Origin: a virus
Virus record (IMG/VR): IMGVR_UViG_3300046542_000086
Location: 17,696 to 81,695 of that record
DNA: 64,000 nucleotides
Direction: 5' to 3' (one strand)
The notes below the pieces were generated by a model. It was not told where the DNA came from and did not search any database. It saw only the letters and a list, made by a program, of their open reading frames with translations. Below are positions 48,247 to 58,008 of this stretch, piece after piece (positions within the stretch are counted from its first letter, which is position 1; each line of letters starts with the position of its first letter). The translations under genes were made by a program, and so were the position numbers.

Positions 48247-48858
48247 ATGGCCGGTATTACTCCTCCACTGTTGACTAAAGGGCGCTACACGTTAGTTGCT
48301 CCGTTCGTTGCGTTACCGACCGTCCTTTATACGTGCAATGCTATCCGTACATTCGACGAGTGTCTGGTTAGTGGTGTGGATGTCCTCAACGGGGTGTACA
48401 TCGCTGCGGGACTGACGAAGGTTGAATACGACCGGGACTACAAGGCTGGCAAGAAGATTGTCACCTTGATGTCTGATACTGAGACTCCGATCTATGTACC
48501 GGATTCTTACATCGAGTCGTTCCCCAACTTTGATGCTGCGCCTTACAGCCACATCGTGTGTTCATTGGACTTCGGTGCACTACCTGACTTCCTCAGCTTG
48601 TCTAACCTACAACTGGAGATAGCCGCACTGGCTTCTGACGTCGTGGGTAAAGAACCTGTAGTGAAGATCCATCGGGCTCCCTCGACTGGACTGGTTACGC
48701 CAGAGCAACATGAGATTGCTGAAGTAGCACGTCAAGCTGCGATCTCTCGACGCACCACGTACCGGGCTGAGAACATTCAACTGCGGACACGTATCACCAC
48801 GCTGGAAGAACAGAACCAAATCCTGGTAGACCTGTTAAAGGCTAACGGCATTTTGTGA
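48247..48858 (+). CDS. conserved hypothetical (virion-associated) protein
   Basis: 203 aa, GAGGTG RBS, C-terminal coiled coil. Confidence 0.65.
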   Translation: MAGITPPLLTKGRYTLVAPFVALPTVLYTCNAIRTFDECLVSGVDVLNGVYIAAGLTKVEYDRDYKAGKKIVTLMSDTETPIYVPDSYIESFPNFDAAPYSHIVCSLDFGALPDFLSLSNLQLEIAALASDVVGKEPVVKIHRAPSTGLVTPEQHEIAEVARQAAISRRTTYRAENIQLRTRITTLEEQNQILVDLLKANGIL

Positions 48859-48859
48859 C

Positions 48860-48896
48860 GGCATAGGGAGGAGCCGTGAGGCTCCTCCTTTTATGC
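48860..48896. terminator. bidirectional terminator
   Basis: GGCATA-GGGAGGAGCC-gtga-GGCTCCTCCT-TTTATGCG. Confidence 0.85.
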
Positions 48897-49397
48897 GGTG
48901 AAACGGAAGAACGTGATGTACCGAGCATCGGCGTAATCTTGTACGAACAACAACTCGGTCAACCAATTCACGTAAGCGTCCGTCCAAACTAGACGGAGTT
49001 CACGAGACAAGAACCGTTCAATCTCACGTTGCCGTGCTTGCCGACGATTGTTCTGGATTGGGAACATCTGCTGGATATAGTGGATGGCCAAGGTAGTCTG
49101 TAGGTCAAACCCACGGCTTTCTTGGTCAGTACACGCCACGTAAGCAAACTCGTTGGCTCGCTCTAACTGCTCTGCGATCAGTCCAGGTTTACTGAAGAGG
49201 AGTGTGACCCCCTCCTCAGTGAAACAGTTGACCAGTACATTCACGGTGTCTTCAAACGTAATCACGTTCTCACCATCGAAGCTTCGAGTGAAGACGATGT
49301 TCTGGTGTTCCTTAAGCAGACCGTCTCGTAAACGAGCGAAAGCTTTGGTCGGCTTAAACAAACCAGTTTGTGACAACTTAGCGTGAACGAATGTCAT
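48891..49397 (-). CDS. hypothetical protein
   Basis: ATGA-coupled start MTFVHA. Confidence 0.65.
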   Translation of the reverse strand: MTFVHAKLSQTGLFKPTKAFARLRDGLLKEHQNIVFTRSFDGENVITFEDTVNVLVNCFTEEGVTLLFSKPGLIAEQLERANEFAYVACTDQESRGFDLQTTLAIHYIQQMFPIQNNRRQARQREIERFLSRELRLVWTDAYVNWLTELLFVQDYADARYITFFRFTA

Positions 49398-49762
49398 TGC
49401 ACCTGATACTCCCAACGGAGATCCTGATCAGGGTAACGGGAGAACCACCCCAGCTTGTTGGCGTTCAGGTCAGAACCTGAGAAACCGAAAGCCGCAGTAG
49501 CACTACCCATCACCCCACGGAAGAGGCAGACTGCGTAGCGATCCCACGCTGGTTCCATACACGGAGTCACCTGAATGTCCATAGCGACTGGAGAGAAGCA
49601 GTAGTTATACGCTTCCAAAACCTCACACTCACCAACGGCACACGGAATGCCATCACGTTTTGGGATGTAGAAGATCGGAACCCCGGAGATCAGATCATGC
49701 TGCTCCAACAGGAAATCTTCAACCTTTTCTACTACACCCAGCGAATCGAGATCACTCATCAT
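49394..49762 (-). CDS. hypothetical protein
   Basis: 122-aa ORF in an operon. Confidence 0.65.
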   Translation of the reverse strand: MMSDLDSLGVVEKVEDFLLEQHDLISGVPIFYIPKRDGIPCAVGECEVLEAYNYCFSPVAMDIQVTPCMEPAWDRYAVCLFRGVMGSATAAFGFSGSDLNANKLGWFSRYPDQDLRWEYQVQ

Positions 49763-49774
49763 TAAGCCGCCTTA

Positions 49775-50440
49775 TTACACATCGTTAGAACCAGGTTCTT
49801 CTTCTTCCTCTTCTTCAGAGGACTCATCTTCGGACTCTCCAGCATCGTCCCCGGTGCCGGCATCGTCATCGGAAGAATCGTCTTCAGACTCTTCCTCTTC
49901 TGTGTTGTCACCCGAATCGTCGGAGTCAGTATCGTCGCCTTGGTCACCGGCATCGTCACCACTGGTGTCGTCCGAACCATCGCCGCTACCTTCTGGGGCA
50001 GTACCATCGCCATCGCTAGCACCAGTGCCATCAGCACCCAGGTCGCCTTGGTCATTGTCACCACCTTGACCTTCACCTTCTTCGCCTTCCGGCATTCCAG
50101 TGTCGGCCTCGTTCACGCCCTCAGGACGTGGATTCTGATCGTCTTCCGACAGAGTCAGGGTACCGGCCTGCATGGCTTTCTCCATATCCTCTACGATCAC
50201 ACGTTTAGCTTCGCCAACAGCCACTGGATCACCGATACCGGCCAACGGAATACCACGGTCGCGCAGCAGTTCCACGCAGGCCAGGATTTGGTTGAGTTCC
50301 TTGATGGCCCCGAGGGTCAGTGGTTCCCCAGTTTCGGAGTCAGTCGCTTTGATACCGGCGAAGTTCAGTTTGGAGAAGGCTTTGCCCAACTCACATGCTT
50401 CCTCGGTGGCTTTAGCAACCAGAGTTTCAATAAGGTTCAT
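49775..50440 (-). CDS. MazG-like helical domain fused to a long Asp/Glu/Gly/Ser-rich tail
   Basis: EEACELGKAFSK...ELNQILACVELL resembles MazG-type EExxE / ExxD helices (Q replaces the last acid); ~120-aa acidic tail. Confidence 0.55.
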   Translation of the reverse strand: MNLIETLVAKATEEACELGKAFSKLNFAGIKATDSETGEPLTLGAIKELNQILACVELLRDRGIPLAGIGDPVAVGEAKRVIVEDMEKAMQAGTLTLSEDDQNPRPEGVNEADTGMPEGEEGEGQGGDNDQGDLGADGTGASDGDGTAPEGSGDGSDDTSGDDAGDQGDDTDSDDSGDNTEEEESEDDSSDDDAGTGDDAGESEDESSEEEEEEEPGSNDV

Positions 50441-50471
50441 GCAGATTACCTTTACAGTGGGTTTAAAAGAG

Positions 50472-50570
50472 TACCGCACCGCCCAGAGTCTTCGGGTGGT
50501 GTCTGAGCGGTGGTTGACGCTCCTTTCACCTTATACGTGAAGGTGGAGTTATCAAACCATTAGTGCGGTA
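50472..50570. ncRNA. candidate structured RNA or cis-regulatory element
   Basis: Intergenic; terminal inverted repeat TACCGCAC/GTGCGGTA encloses two further stems. Confidence 0.35.
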
Positions 50571-50571
50571 A

Positions 50572-53028
50572 TCATGTCATTGTGACGTGTTGGTTGTGTT
50601 TTACCGGGACAGCGATGTTACTCGCATCGATCACCATTACTTCCGCTTGGGTGAACGCACCATGAGAAGAAGCATAGTGAGAGATCATGAATACCTGAGA
50701 AAACCCTTTGGATTCCACGAGGTCTTTAATGAAGTTCATCACGTTCAAACGGTGAGTCTCATCAAAGGTTGCCCCGAGTTCATCCAAGTGCAACGGGTAG
50801 TTCGTCAGACGCAAGTAGAACATCACCACCAACACGAAAGAGAAGTTGATCATCTCCTTCTGACCCTTGGAAGTGCGATACACGTCATCAGGACCGTGGG
50901 GATCACCATCAATCCGTACAGGGAAGCGATAGTTCAGTTCACCCGAGTCCAGCCCACACGCTTGGATTTCCATCTGGTACGTCCAGACGTTTTCAATGAT
51001 CGCATTCATGTGACCAGTGAACGCCGCAATGAACCCAGACATCTGTTCAGCAATGAAGCCGTCTTTCGGTGAGAGGATGTCAGCAATCAGCTTGTTAGCT
51101 TTCTGCTTGAGTTCCACCTCGTCACGAAACTTCTCCATATCACCCAGCAGGTTCTGGATCGTTTGCTTCTCAGACAGCTTGCTATTAAGGAACGCTAGAC
51201 GAGACTGAGTAGTGCGGGTCAGCTCAGCAATAGAGTCATCGCGCATCTCCACCACGTAGTCTTCAAAGGCCGCTACAGACTTGTCGTAGCCTTGACGCAG
51301 TTGGGTGTCCATCTGTATCAACTGTTCAGCCTTCTGCTTCATGACGACCAGCTCAGCACGACTCGCTTCCAGTTCAATCATCTGCTCAGTCAGAGCGGAG
51401 ATCTTTTGGTTGCTCTGTTCGATACGAATCGACAGTTGTTCCGAGCCGTTGGTCTTGCGCATGGCATCAACAGTCAGGTTCAGTTTATCCATGCGTTGTT
51501 CCGCATCGACCACTTCCAACCACACCTTAGCGTCTTTGGAGAAACTACCGAACTCAGCCAACCACGCTTTAGGATCGTTGTTGATTGCGTCTTCGTCCAA
51601 CATCGCATTCCAGTACAGCGACAGGGATGGGTTGTTGGAAACCAGTGCACGGTAACGCATGAAGTAACCAGAGAACTCCCCAGCAGCTTCAAGGTAGTCT
51701 TCACATTGCTTCAAGGTAGCCGTAGCGTCAGCCAACTTAGCTTGGAACTCGACGACAGCATTCTCTGCGGCAATACGACGACCTTCCGACATACCCGGTA
51801 ACCACGAGAAGGAACACTGTGGACATTCAGTCTTACAGGCTCCTGCGATGTGCTCCAGAGTCGCTTCCTCTTTAGCCACACGGTTAGCAAACCCTTCGAC
51901 TTGTTTCTTCAAGTCCAGTCGAGCATCACGAGCTTCTTGTACCGTCTGCTTATTAAAGCGTTTGGTCGAGTTATCTGGAATACCACGCAGTACGTCTCCC
52001 AGCTCCTCCTGTACGCTCTCAATCGAGTTGAGGATAGCCCGTGGGTCAGTGTCCCCGAAGTCCGTATAACGGATCAGGTGCGTCCGTAGCTCCTCAGCCT
52101 TAGCCTTTAGAGTGACCAGCTCCTGCTCTGCTTGTTCCAGAGACTCCACACCCCCACCTTCTACGGTGCGTTGTAGTTGTTGAAGGTCATCCAGTGCCTC
52201 AGTGGTCCACTCCCGTGAGTGTTTCACTAAGTCTAACTCTTTGTCGATCGCAGTGATACGGTCGGAGAGTTCTTCCATCGAACTGAACTTGCCTTTAATG
52301 GGATTACCCATCGCCAGCATACGGTCAGCCATCTGACATTCCCAATCGATCATCCGTTTAACACGGGACTCACCACCGGACAGGTTACGGTTAGAACGAC
52401 TGAGGAACAACAACTCCAGTTCTTTCTGGAGACGTTCAGCCTCTTCAGCCCACTCGCCTGTCTCACCCAAAGCCTTGAGCTTCTTCTGCTCATTGACCAT
52501 ACGTTCAGACAGTTCTTTAAACGTACCTTGAGAGTCACGGGCAGAGCTACTGTATTTCTTGAACTGGTTGGTAGCGTAAGTGAAGTCAGTGTCACTGAGC
52601 ATAGTCAGCCACTTACGACGATCAGCTGTGGACATGTCAGTGAACAGGATTTGTCCAGTCACCAGTTCGTGGAGTTGGTCAGTCATGCGGAATTCTTGCC
52701 AGCACAGTTCTCGCTGGACAGAGATAGTTCCCCCAGGGTTTAGTTCAACCCCGTCCTTCAACATGGAATGCTTAGAGCCAGACTTAAAGCTCGAGGTGCA
52801 GATGTATTCGTGACCTTCGTGTTCCCACTTAGTCATCTCCTGTCCACCCTTGATGTAATCCTTGGGGTCTGCTGGCATTGGACTCGCAGCATTGATTACG
52901 GAGGACTTGCCACTACCGTTAGTGCCTAAGATGATTTGGTACAGGTTGGTTGGCTTGTAGTGTAGTTTATTGATGTTATTAAGCATCAGTCTACGACTGC
53001 CTTCCATTAACAGCTCTAGCATTCGCAT
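50572..53028 (-). CDS. sbcC: SbcC/Rad50-like SMC ATPase (phiKZ gp165-like)
   Basis: Walker A GTNGSGKSS, coiled coils with CPQC zinc hook, signature SKGQK, Walker B LHLDE, H-loop ISH. Confidence 0.9.
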   Translation of the reverse strand: MRMLELLMEGSRRLMLNNINKLHYKPTNLYQIILGTNGSGKSSVINAASPMPADPKDYIKGGQEMTKWEHEGHEYICTSSFKSGSKHSMLKDGVELNPGGTISVQRELCWQEFRMTDQLHELVTGQILFTDMSTADRRKWLTMLSDTDFTYATNQFKKYSSSARDSQGTFKELSERMVNEQKKLKALGETGEWAEEAERLQKELELLFLSRSNRNLSGGESRVKRMIDWECQMADRMLAMGNPIKGKFSSMEELSDRITAIDKELDLVKHSREWTTEALDDLQQLQRTVEGGGVESLEQAEQELVTLKAKAEELRTHLIRYTDFGDTDPRAILNSIESVQEELGDVLRGIPDNSTKRFNKQTVQEARDARLDLKKQVEGFANRVAKEEATLEHIAGACKTECPQCSFSWLPGMSEGRRIAAENAVVEFQAKLADATATLKQCEDYLEAAGEFSGYFMRYRALVSNNPSLSLYWNAMLDEDAINNDPKAWLAEFGSFSKDAKVWLEVVDAEQRMDKLNLTVDAMRKTNGSEQLSIRIEQSNQKISALTEQMIELEASRAELVVMKQKAEQLIQMDTQLRQGYDKSVAAFEDYVVEMRDDSIAELTRTTQSRLAFLNSKLSEKQTIQNLLGDMEKFRDEVELKQKANKLIADILSPKDGFIAEQMSGFIAAFTGHMNAIIENVWTYQMEIQACGLDSGELNYRFPVRIDGDPHGPDDVYRTSKGQKEMINFSFVLVVMFYLRLTNYPLHLDELGATFDETHRLNVMNFIKDLVESKGFSQVFMISHYASSHGAFTQAEVMVIDASNIAVPVKHNQHVTMT

Positions 53029-53121
53029 TATAAAAAGCTTCCCCAATTTTACTAACATAATGTACAGAGCGTGGGTAATAATTAACTTATGGTTTGAAAC
53101 CCCATCACAAAGGAGCCTCCA

Positions 53122-53868
53122 GTGGACGCGACCGTATTCAGAATCGTCTCTATTGGGATCGTGGCAGAAAACAAAGCCATGTTCGCCAAAGAGGTCGATG
53201 TCACCCCCATTGAAAGCATGAGCATGTTGGATGGGGAAATAAAATCTAATCCTACGGCTGTCGAATCAGAAGGCACAGACGCCCGTGGACAGAGCTTTGC
53301 GACTCGGGCTACCGTAGACTCCACTGTGACGGCAACGTGGCTCCCATGGGGCTCTAATCGCGTTACACCGCCTGATGTACGTCGTGGTGAGCGAGTGTAT
53401 CTGTGGCAAGCTGCTGATGCTGACAAATATTACTGGACTTCCAGTGGTCTAGACGATCGCCTGCGTAAACTGGAGACGGCTATCTTTGCCTTCAGTGCTT
53501 CCAGTAATGAGACAGACTCTGGGATTGATGTCGACAAGTGCTATTTCATCGAGATCTCTACTCACCAGAAGCTCATCACTTTAAAGACGTCCTCAGCTAA
53601 TGGTGAACCGTACGAGTACACTTTCCAGTTCAACACTGGTGAAGGTGCGGTGACCCTAGCAGATGATGTGGGTAATTACTTCGAGCTAGACAGTGAAGCC
53701 CAAAAGCTCACACTGAAGAACCAAGCTCAGTCGCATGTAATTCTCGACAAGACTCGGATCAATATCAAAGCACTCGACGAAGTGGCTATTGATGTAGGGG
53801 CATCCCAAGTGTCTATCACTCCGGGTGGGACCATCTGGAAGACGCCGAAGTTCGAAGGGGGTAGTTGA
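53122..53868 (+). CDS. baseplate central spike (Gp5/VgrG-like, phiKZ gp164-like)
   Basis: OB-fold-like N-terminus (ATWLP..SNRVTPPDVRRGERV) with a beta-repeat C-terminus; followed by PAAR. Confidence 0.75.
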   Translation: MDATVFRIVSIGIVAENKAMFAKEVDVTPIESMSMLDGEIKSNPTAVESEGTDARGQSFATRATVDSTVTATWLPWGSNRVTPPDVRRGERVYLWQAADADKYYWTSSGLDDRLRKLETAIFAFSASSNETDSGIDVDKCYFIEISTHQKLITLKTSSANGEPYEYTFQFNTGEGAVTLADDVGNYFELDSEAQKLTLKNQAQSHVILDKTRINIKALDEVAIDVGASQVSITPGGTIWKTPKFEGGS

Positions 53869-54125
53869 TGCCTGGAATCACTTTAGTCGGTGTACACAAA
53901 GCCGGTGGAGAGATCTTAGGTCCAGGAGAACCCACCTTTACTATTAATGGAGCACCTGTCTCACTGCTCAACGACACCGTGGTCCCTCATGATGGACACG
54001 TTAACGTCAAGTTAGTGGAAGGTTCAGCTTGGATGACGTGGAATGGCGTCCCAGTCGTCCACCAAGGACACTTAGCCAGTTGCGGACACACGGCTGAGGG
54101 TTTGGCCAATTGGATCATTGAGTGA
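53868..54125 (+). CDS. PAAR-like spike tip protein
   Basis: TINGAPVSLLND, PH..H, NGVPVVHQGH..SCGH; TGATG-coupled to the spike gene. Confidence 0.85.
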   Translation: MPGITLVGVHKAGGEILGPGEPTFTINGAPVSLLNDTVVPHDGHVNVKLVEGSAWMTWNGVPVVHQGHLASCGHTAEGLANWIIE

Positions 54126-54168
54126 CAGCATAGAGGCTCCCTTCGGGGAGCCTCGTTATGCGCTTACA
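54123..54168. terminator. bidirectional terminator, duplicate of 34966-35011
   Basis: 45/46 identical bases. Confidence 0.85.
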
Positions 54169-55408
54169 TGTCAGAACCGATCTTCAGGAAGTAGGCTTTG
54201 GAGAAACGGAACGGATTGATCGTCGAACGAGTCGGGTCAATCGAGTTACCCTGTCCCCAGTCCGTGGTCTCGAAGTTGTACTCAGGACGATTGTTATTCG
54301 CCCCAGCCAACACATACGTGTCAGCTTCAGTGATGGTCCAGTAGTCGAAGATCCGACCTTTACCAAAGATCACTGGCCACACCGGACGTGTCCGAGTGAA
54401 GTAACGATCAGGAGTTTGTGAAACCCCCAACTGTTCACGGTCTACATAGATGTCGGAGTTGTTGATCACCACCAAGAAACTCTGTGGCAAAGCCAACATC
54501 TTGCGGATCACGATGTCGCTGGTGAACTGATCCAGACCAATCTGATCGTAACCACCGTTCTTGTAGGTCAGGTGTTCTTCGATAGTCGAGAGATCAATCA
54601 GTCCCTTGGCTTCAAAGTACCAATCCACGAACACTTGGTTGCGCAGGTCCAGACTGAAGGTTGAGTCCCCCAGACGTTTGAACGCACGCTCCAGTGGCAA
54701 CAGGTAGCCCATGAAGCTGAGCATCACAGTCTTGTCAGCCAACGGTTCATCTGAGGAGATAATCGTGTTGACGTACAACTGAGGATCGATGCCACCAGGA
54801 CTGATCATGTTGTCAGTGATAGGAATCGCTCGAACCCCACCCACAGCTTTGAAGTTCAGGATACCAACGTGGTTGTCGTTAGAGATCCGTCCAGTCAGCC
54901 CACCATTGTAAACACGGATACCGTCAGAGTCGTAGTCCGAGTAATGGAGCAATCCGTTAACGTCCACCAGACAGTTCTCATGGAAGTCCTGATAGGTGAG
55001 TCCCGCCTTAGTCAGGAGGAGGTCTGCTGCATCAGACAACAGGTAGTCGTTACCATGAGCAATGGTGCGGTGTGTCGGAGCCATCGAGTAACCGGCTTGT
55101 ACAGCGTCACGGTACTCCACGAACTTTGGTTTGATCTCTGGGATCGTAGTTGAGGTAGGGAGAGACTCGTTCCCCAAACCTACCAACCACTGTGTCACTG
55201 TAGTGCCCGGCTTCACCAAAGTGAGGCGACTGCGTACAGTGTTTAGGTCCAGTGAGACCTGTCCAACGACGACTGGGTTAGTGAGGATCAGGTAAATCCG
55301 CGAGTAATCCGTCCAGAGCCTGAAGACATCCATCGCTGAAAGATCTACTTCCGACCAACTACCAGTACGACCACGCGTTCTGGCTAACGATTTTACGAGT
55401 GAGTACAT
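54164..55408 (-). CDS. virion structural (baseplate/tail) protein
   Basis: ~414 aa from MYSLVKS; motif NCLVDVNGLLH; divergent from the fibre genes. Confidence 0.6.
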   Translation of the reverse strand: MYSLVKSLARTRGRTGSWSEVDLSAMDVFRLWTDYSRIYLILTNPVVVGQVSLDLNTVRSRLTLVKPGTTVTQWLVGLGNESLPTSTTIPEIKPKFVEYRDAVQAGYSMAPTHRTIAHGNDYLLSDAADLLLTKAGLTYQDFHENCLVDVNGLLHYSDYDSDGIRVYNGGLTGRISNDNHVGILNFKAVGGVRAIPITDNMISPGGIDPQLYVNTIISSDEPLADKTVMLSFMGYLLPLERAFKRLGDSTFSLDLRNQVFVDWYFEAKGLIDLSTIEEHLTYKNGGYDQIGLDQFTSDIVIRKMLALPQSFLVVINNSDIYVDREQLGVSQTPDRYFTRTRPVWPVIFGKGRIFDYWTITEADTYVLAGANNNRPEYNFETTDWGQGNSIDPTRSTINPFRFSKAYFLKIGSDM

Positions 55409-55511
55409 GGCTAAATTCTCTTGAAGGGCGGAACACGAGCCGGGTAATAGTATGGTGCGTATTCTTTTACAGGCAACTATAACATTCGCTGTTTTCACAG
55501 GAGTCATCGGT

Positions 55512-57995
55512 ATGGCGACAACCTATACTTACCCATTTGACCCTACTGGTGCTGCGACAACTAACGCCGTTGCTAACGAGCGACACGTGTTGTCCCCACC
55601 AGCATGGAAGGACTTTTACTTCATAGTCCCTAAGTTTGCCCCTTACTTCCGGGACTCGTTGCGGGTGATCCATCGCCCGTCAGGTAAGCTCCTCGTCGAA
55701 GGTAAGGATTACCATTGCACTCACTACTTCCACGCAGCTTCTCACGGCGTGGCACGGCGAGTGTACGGTTCAATCACGATGCTCGACAAGACGCTGATCG
55801 GTGTCCTCGAGATCAACTACCAAACCCTCGGCGGTGACTGGGTACTGGATGCGTCGGCTGACTTGACTCGTCTGACCAACACGCTGACCAACCCTCGGAT
55901 TACTACGTGGGAAGAAGTGGTTGATGTTCCATACCAGTTCCCTCCTATTGATCACCAGTGGGACCTCGAAGACCTCAAGGGCGTTGAAGCCATCCTTCCG
56001 ATTCTGGAATCGATGACTGAAGCAATCCGCGACTCGGCTGGTTCTTCGTTTGCATTGCACATCGCTGACAAAGCGAACCCTCACTCGGTAACGAAAGACC
56101 AAGTGGGACTTGACCAAGTTCAGAACTTACCCATTGCGAATATTTCAGAGGCCAACGCTGGTACTCTCAATACTCGTTACATGACGCCTGTTCGCACCAA
56201 GAACTTCGTTGACGCCTACGTCGTACCGTTGCTCGAAACCCACAAAGCGGACTTGAACAACCCTCACGGGACGACCAAGACGCAAGTGGGTCTGGGCTTG
56301 GTTGAGAACTTCAGCATCGCTTCACAAGCAGAAGCTGAGACGGGTAGTGCGACTAACCGTTACATGACTCCGTTGGCGGTTAAGCAAGCCATTAACATGT
56401 TGGCGAACACCGGCCTGTCTACGCACTTGGCAGACATCAACAACCCACACCAAACCACCAAAGCTCAAGTGGGCCTCGGTAGTGTGGAGAACTTGCCGGT
56501 AGCGACGACTGCTGAGGCTGAGGCCGCTGCACGTAACGACCGCTACATGACTCCACTGGCAACCGCTAAGCAGATCCAGGTCTTGGTCAAAGACTCGATG
56601 GACTTGCACTTGAACGCGGTGAACAACCCCCACTTGACCACCAAGGCTCAGGTAGGGTTGGGTAACGTTCAGAACTACCTGACCGCCACTCAAGCAGAAG
56701 CCGAAGCTGGCTTGATCACCACTGCGTACATGACGCCGTTGATGACTCGTAAAGCGATCGAAGCGATTGCTACTGGTTCCATCGGTTCTCACTTGGCTGA
56801 CAGTAACAACCCCCACGCTACGACTAAAGCGCAGGTAGGTCTCAGTAACGTAGAGAACTACACCATCGCTAACACCACAGAAGCTCAGGTGGGGGATTCC
56901 AATACCCGCTATATGACCCCTCTGTTGGTAAAGGCGGCGATTGATGCACAAGTGGGTACTGGGGTGTCTGGTCACGTTAGTGCTGTGAACAACCCGCACC
57001 AAGTGACTGCTGTTCAAGTCGGTACGTACGCTTCGGGTACTCTGGACACCATGTTCGCTGCTAAGCTGGGTACTCTGGCTATGGCTGCTGATTCGGCTGG
57101 TCTGGAAGGACACACCTACGAGGACGTGTTGGTAGCTGCGAAGAGTCAAGGGACTTTGAACTCGGATAAACTGGGTAACCAAACTCTCGCTCAAGTACTG
57201 GCTTCCGCTAAGGCTCAGACCGCTGATAACTCCACGCTACTCGGCGGCAAGACGGCAACTCAGATCGGTGACGAACTGGTAGCGGCTCTGGCTTACACCA
57301 AGCAACTACGTGTGCCTGACTACGCCATCGCTAACGATGCCACTAACAAGTGGATTCCACTGTGTAAAGCGTCCCCAGTGGTCAACATCGACACCGATGA
57401 CCTATGCATCATGTTCAACGGTCTGAACGAGGTCAGTGGTCGGACCATCACCGGCATCATTGACCTGAACACTACCGCTCTGACGTCGTCTGTTACGATC
57501 CTGTCGGGACACGTCACGGACTTGGAGATCTTGTACACGAACGTCGGCGGTGTATTCCGACTGTGGTACAAAACCAATGCCAACGAACTGTCGACCACGA
57601 CCTTGACGCTGATCTCTGGTAAGTCCTTCACTGAGATTGATCCAGCAGCGGTGGTGTCTGCTACAGCTCCGGCTGGTGCAGTGCTGATCCCAATGGTTGC
57701 CGTTGCTCCTAAACGGATCGCCTCAGAGTTCGTCACGCTGGCTGCTGCTGCTAACAAAGAGTACGACCTGCAAACGTTGCTGGGTGCCAGTCACGCAGCT
57801 TACGACAAAGACGGTGCTCTGGTTCAGGTGCGTGTGAAAGACGTACAGGCAGGTTCGCCTACGCTTAACATGTACATCACTCCTCCTGCTGGCGTTGTCA
57901 CCGCTCTGCGGGCTAACCGGTATGTTCGGGTGTTGAACTCTACTGCTGCTTCGGTAGATCTCCAAATCCGTGTAGACGTACCCCGTCTTCCATAA
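55512..57995 (+). CDS. tail fibre protein with NPH/YMTP repeats
   Basis: AGGAG RBS; N-terminal YPFDPTG...FAPYF attachment domain; 5 full and 1 partial ~61-aa repeats; distinct C-terminal domain. Confidence 0.8.
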   Translation: MATTYTYPFDPTGAATTNAVANERHVLSPPAWKDFYFIVPKFAPYFRDSLRVIHRPSGKLLVEGKDYHCTHYFHAASHGVARRVYGSITMLDKTLIGVLEINYQTLGGDWVLDASADLTRLTNTLTNPRITTWEEVVDVPYQFPPIDHQWDLEDLKGVEAILPILESMTEAIRDSAGSSFALHIADKANPHSVTKDQVGLDQVQNLPIANISEANAGTLNTRYMTPVRTKNFVDAYVVPLLETHKADLNNPHGTTKTQVGLGLVENFSIASQAEAETGSATNRYMTPLAVKQAINMLANTGLSTHLADINNPHQTTKAQVGLGSVENLPVATTAEAEAAARNDRYMTPLATAKQIQVLVKDSMDLHLNAVNNPHLTTKAQVGLGNVQNYLTATQAEAEAGLITTAYMTPLMTRKAIEAIATGSIGSHLADSNNPHATTKAQVGLSNVENYTIANTTEAQVGDSNTRYMTPLLVKAAIDAQVGTGVSGHVSAVNNPHQVTAVQVGTYASGTLDTMFAAKLGTLAMAADSAGLEGHTYEDVLVAAKSQGTLNSDKLGNQTLAQVLASAKAQTADNSTLLGGKTATQIGDELVAALAYTKQLRVPDYAIANDATNKWIPLCKASPVVNIDTDDLCIMFNGLNEVSGRTITGIIDLNTTALTSSVTILSGHVTDLEILYTNVGGVFRLWYKTNANELSTTTLTLISGKSFTEIDPAAVVSATAPAGAVLIPMVAVAPKRIASEFVTLAAAANKEYDLQTLLGASHAAYDKDGALVQVRVKDVQAGSPTLNMYITPPAGVVTALRANRYVRVLNSTAASVDLQIRVDVPRLP
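56058..57023 (+). repeat. tandem ~183-bp coding repeats (H-x5-NPH-x2-TKAQVGLG-x-V-x-N...EA-x-AG...YMTP)
   Basis: Read directly from the translation. Confidence 0.9.
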
Positions 57996-58008
57996 GGAAT
58001 AGGTAATC

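Noticed and set aside
49762-50076. 104-aa ORF with a signal-peptide-like Met/Thr/Val-rich sequence
   Set aside because: It is an alternative-frame reading of the GAT/GAC/GGT-rich acidic tail of the 49775-50440 gene.
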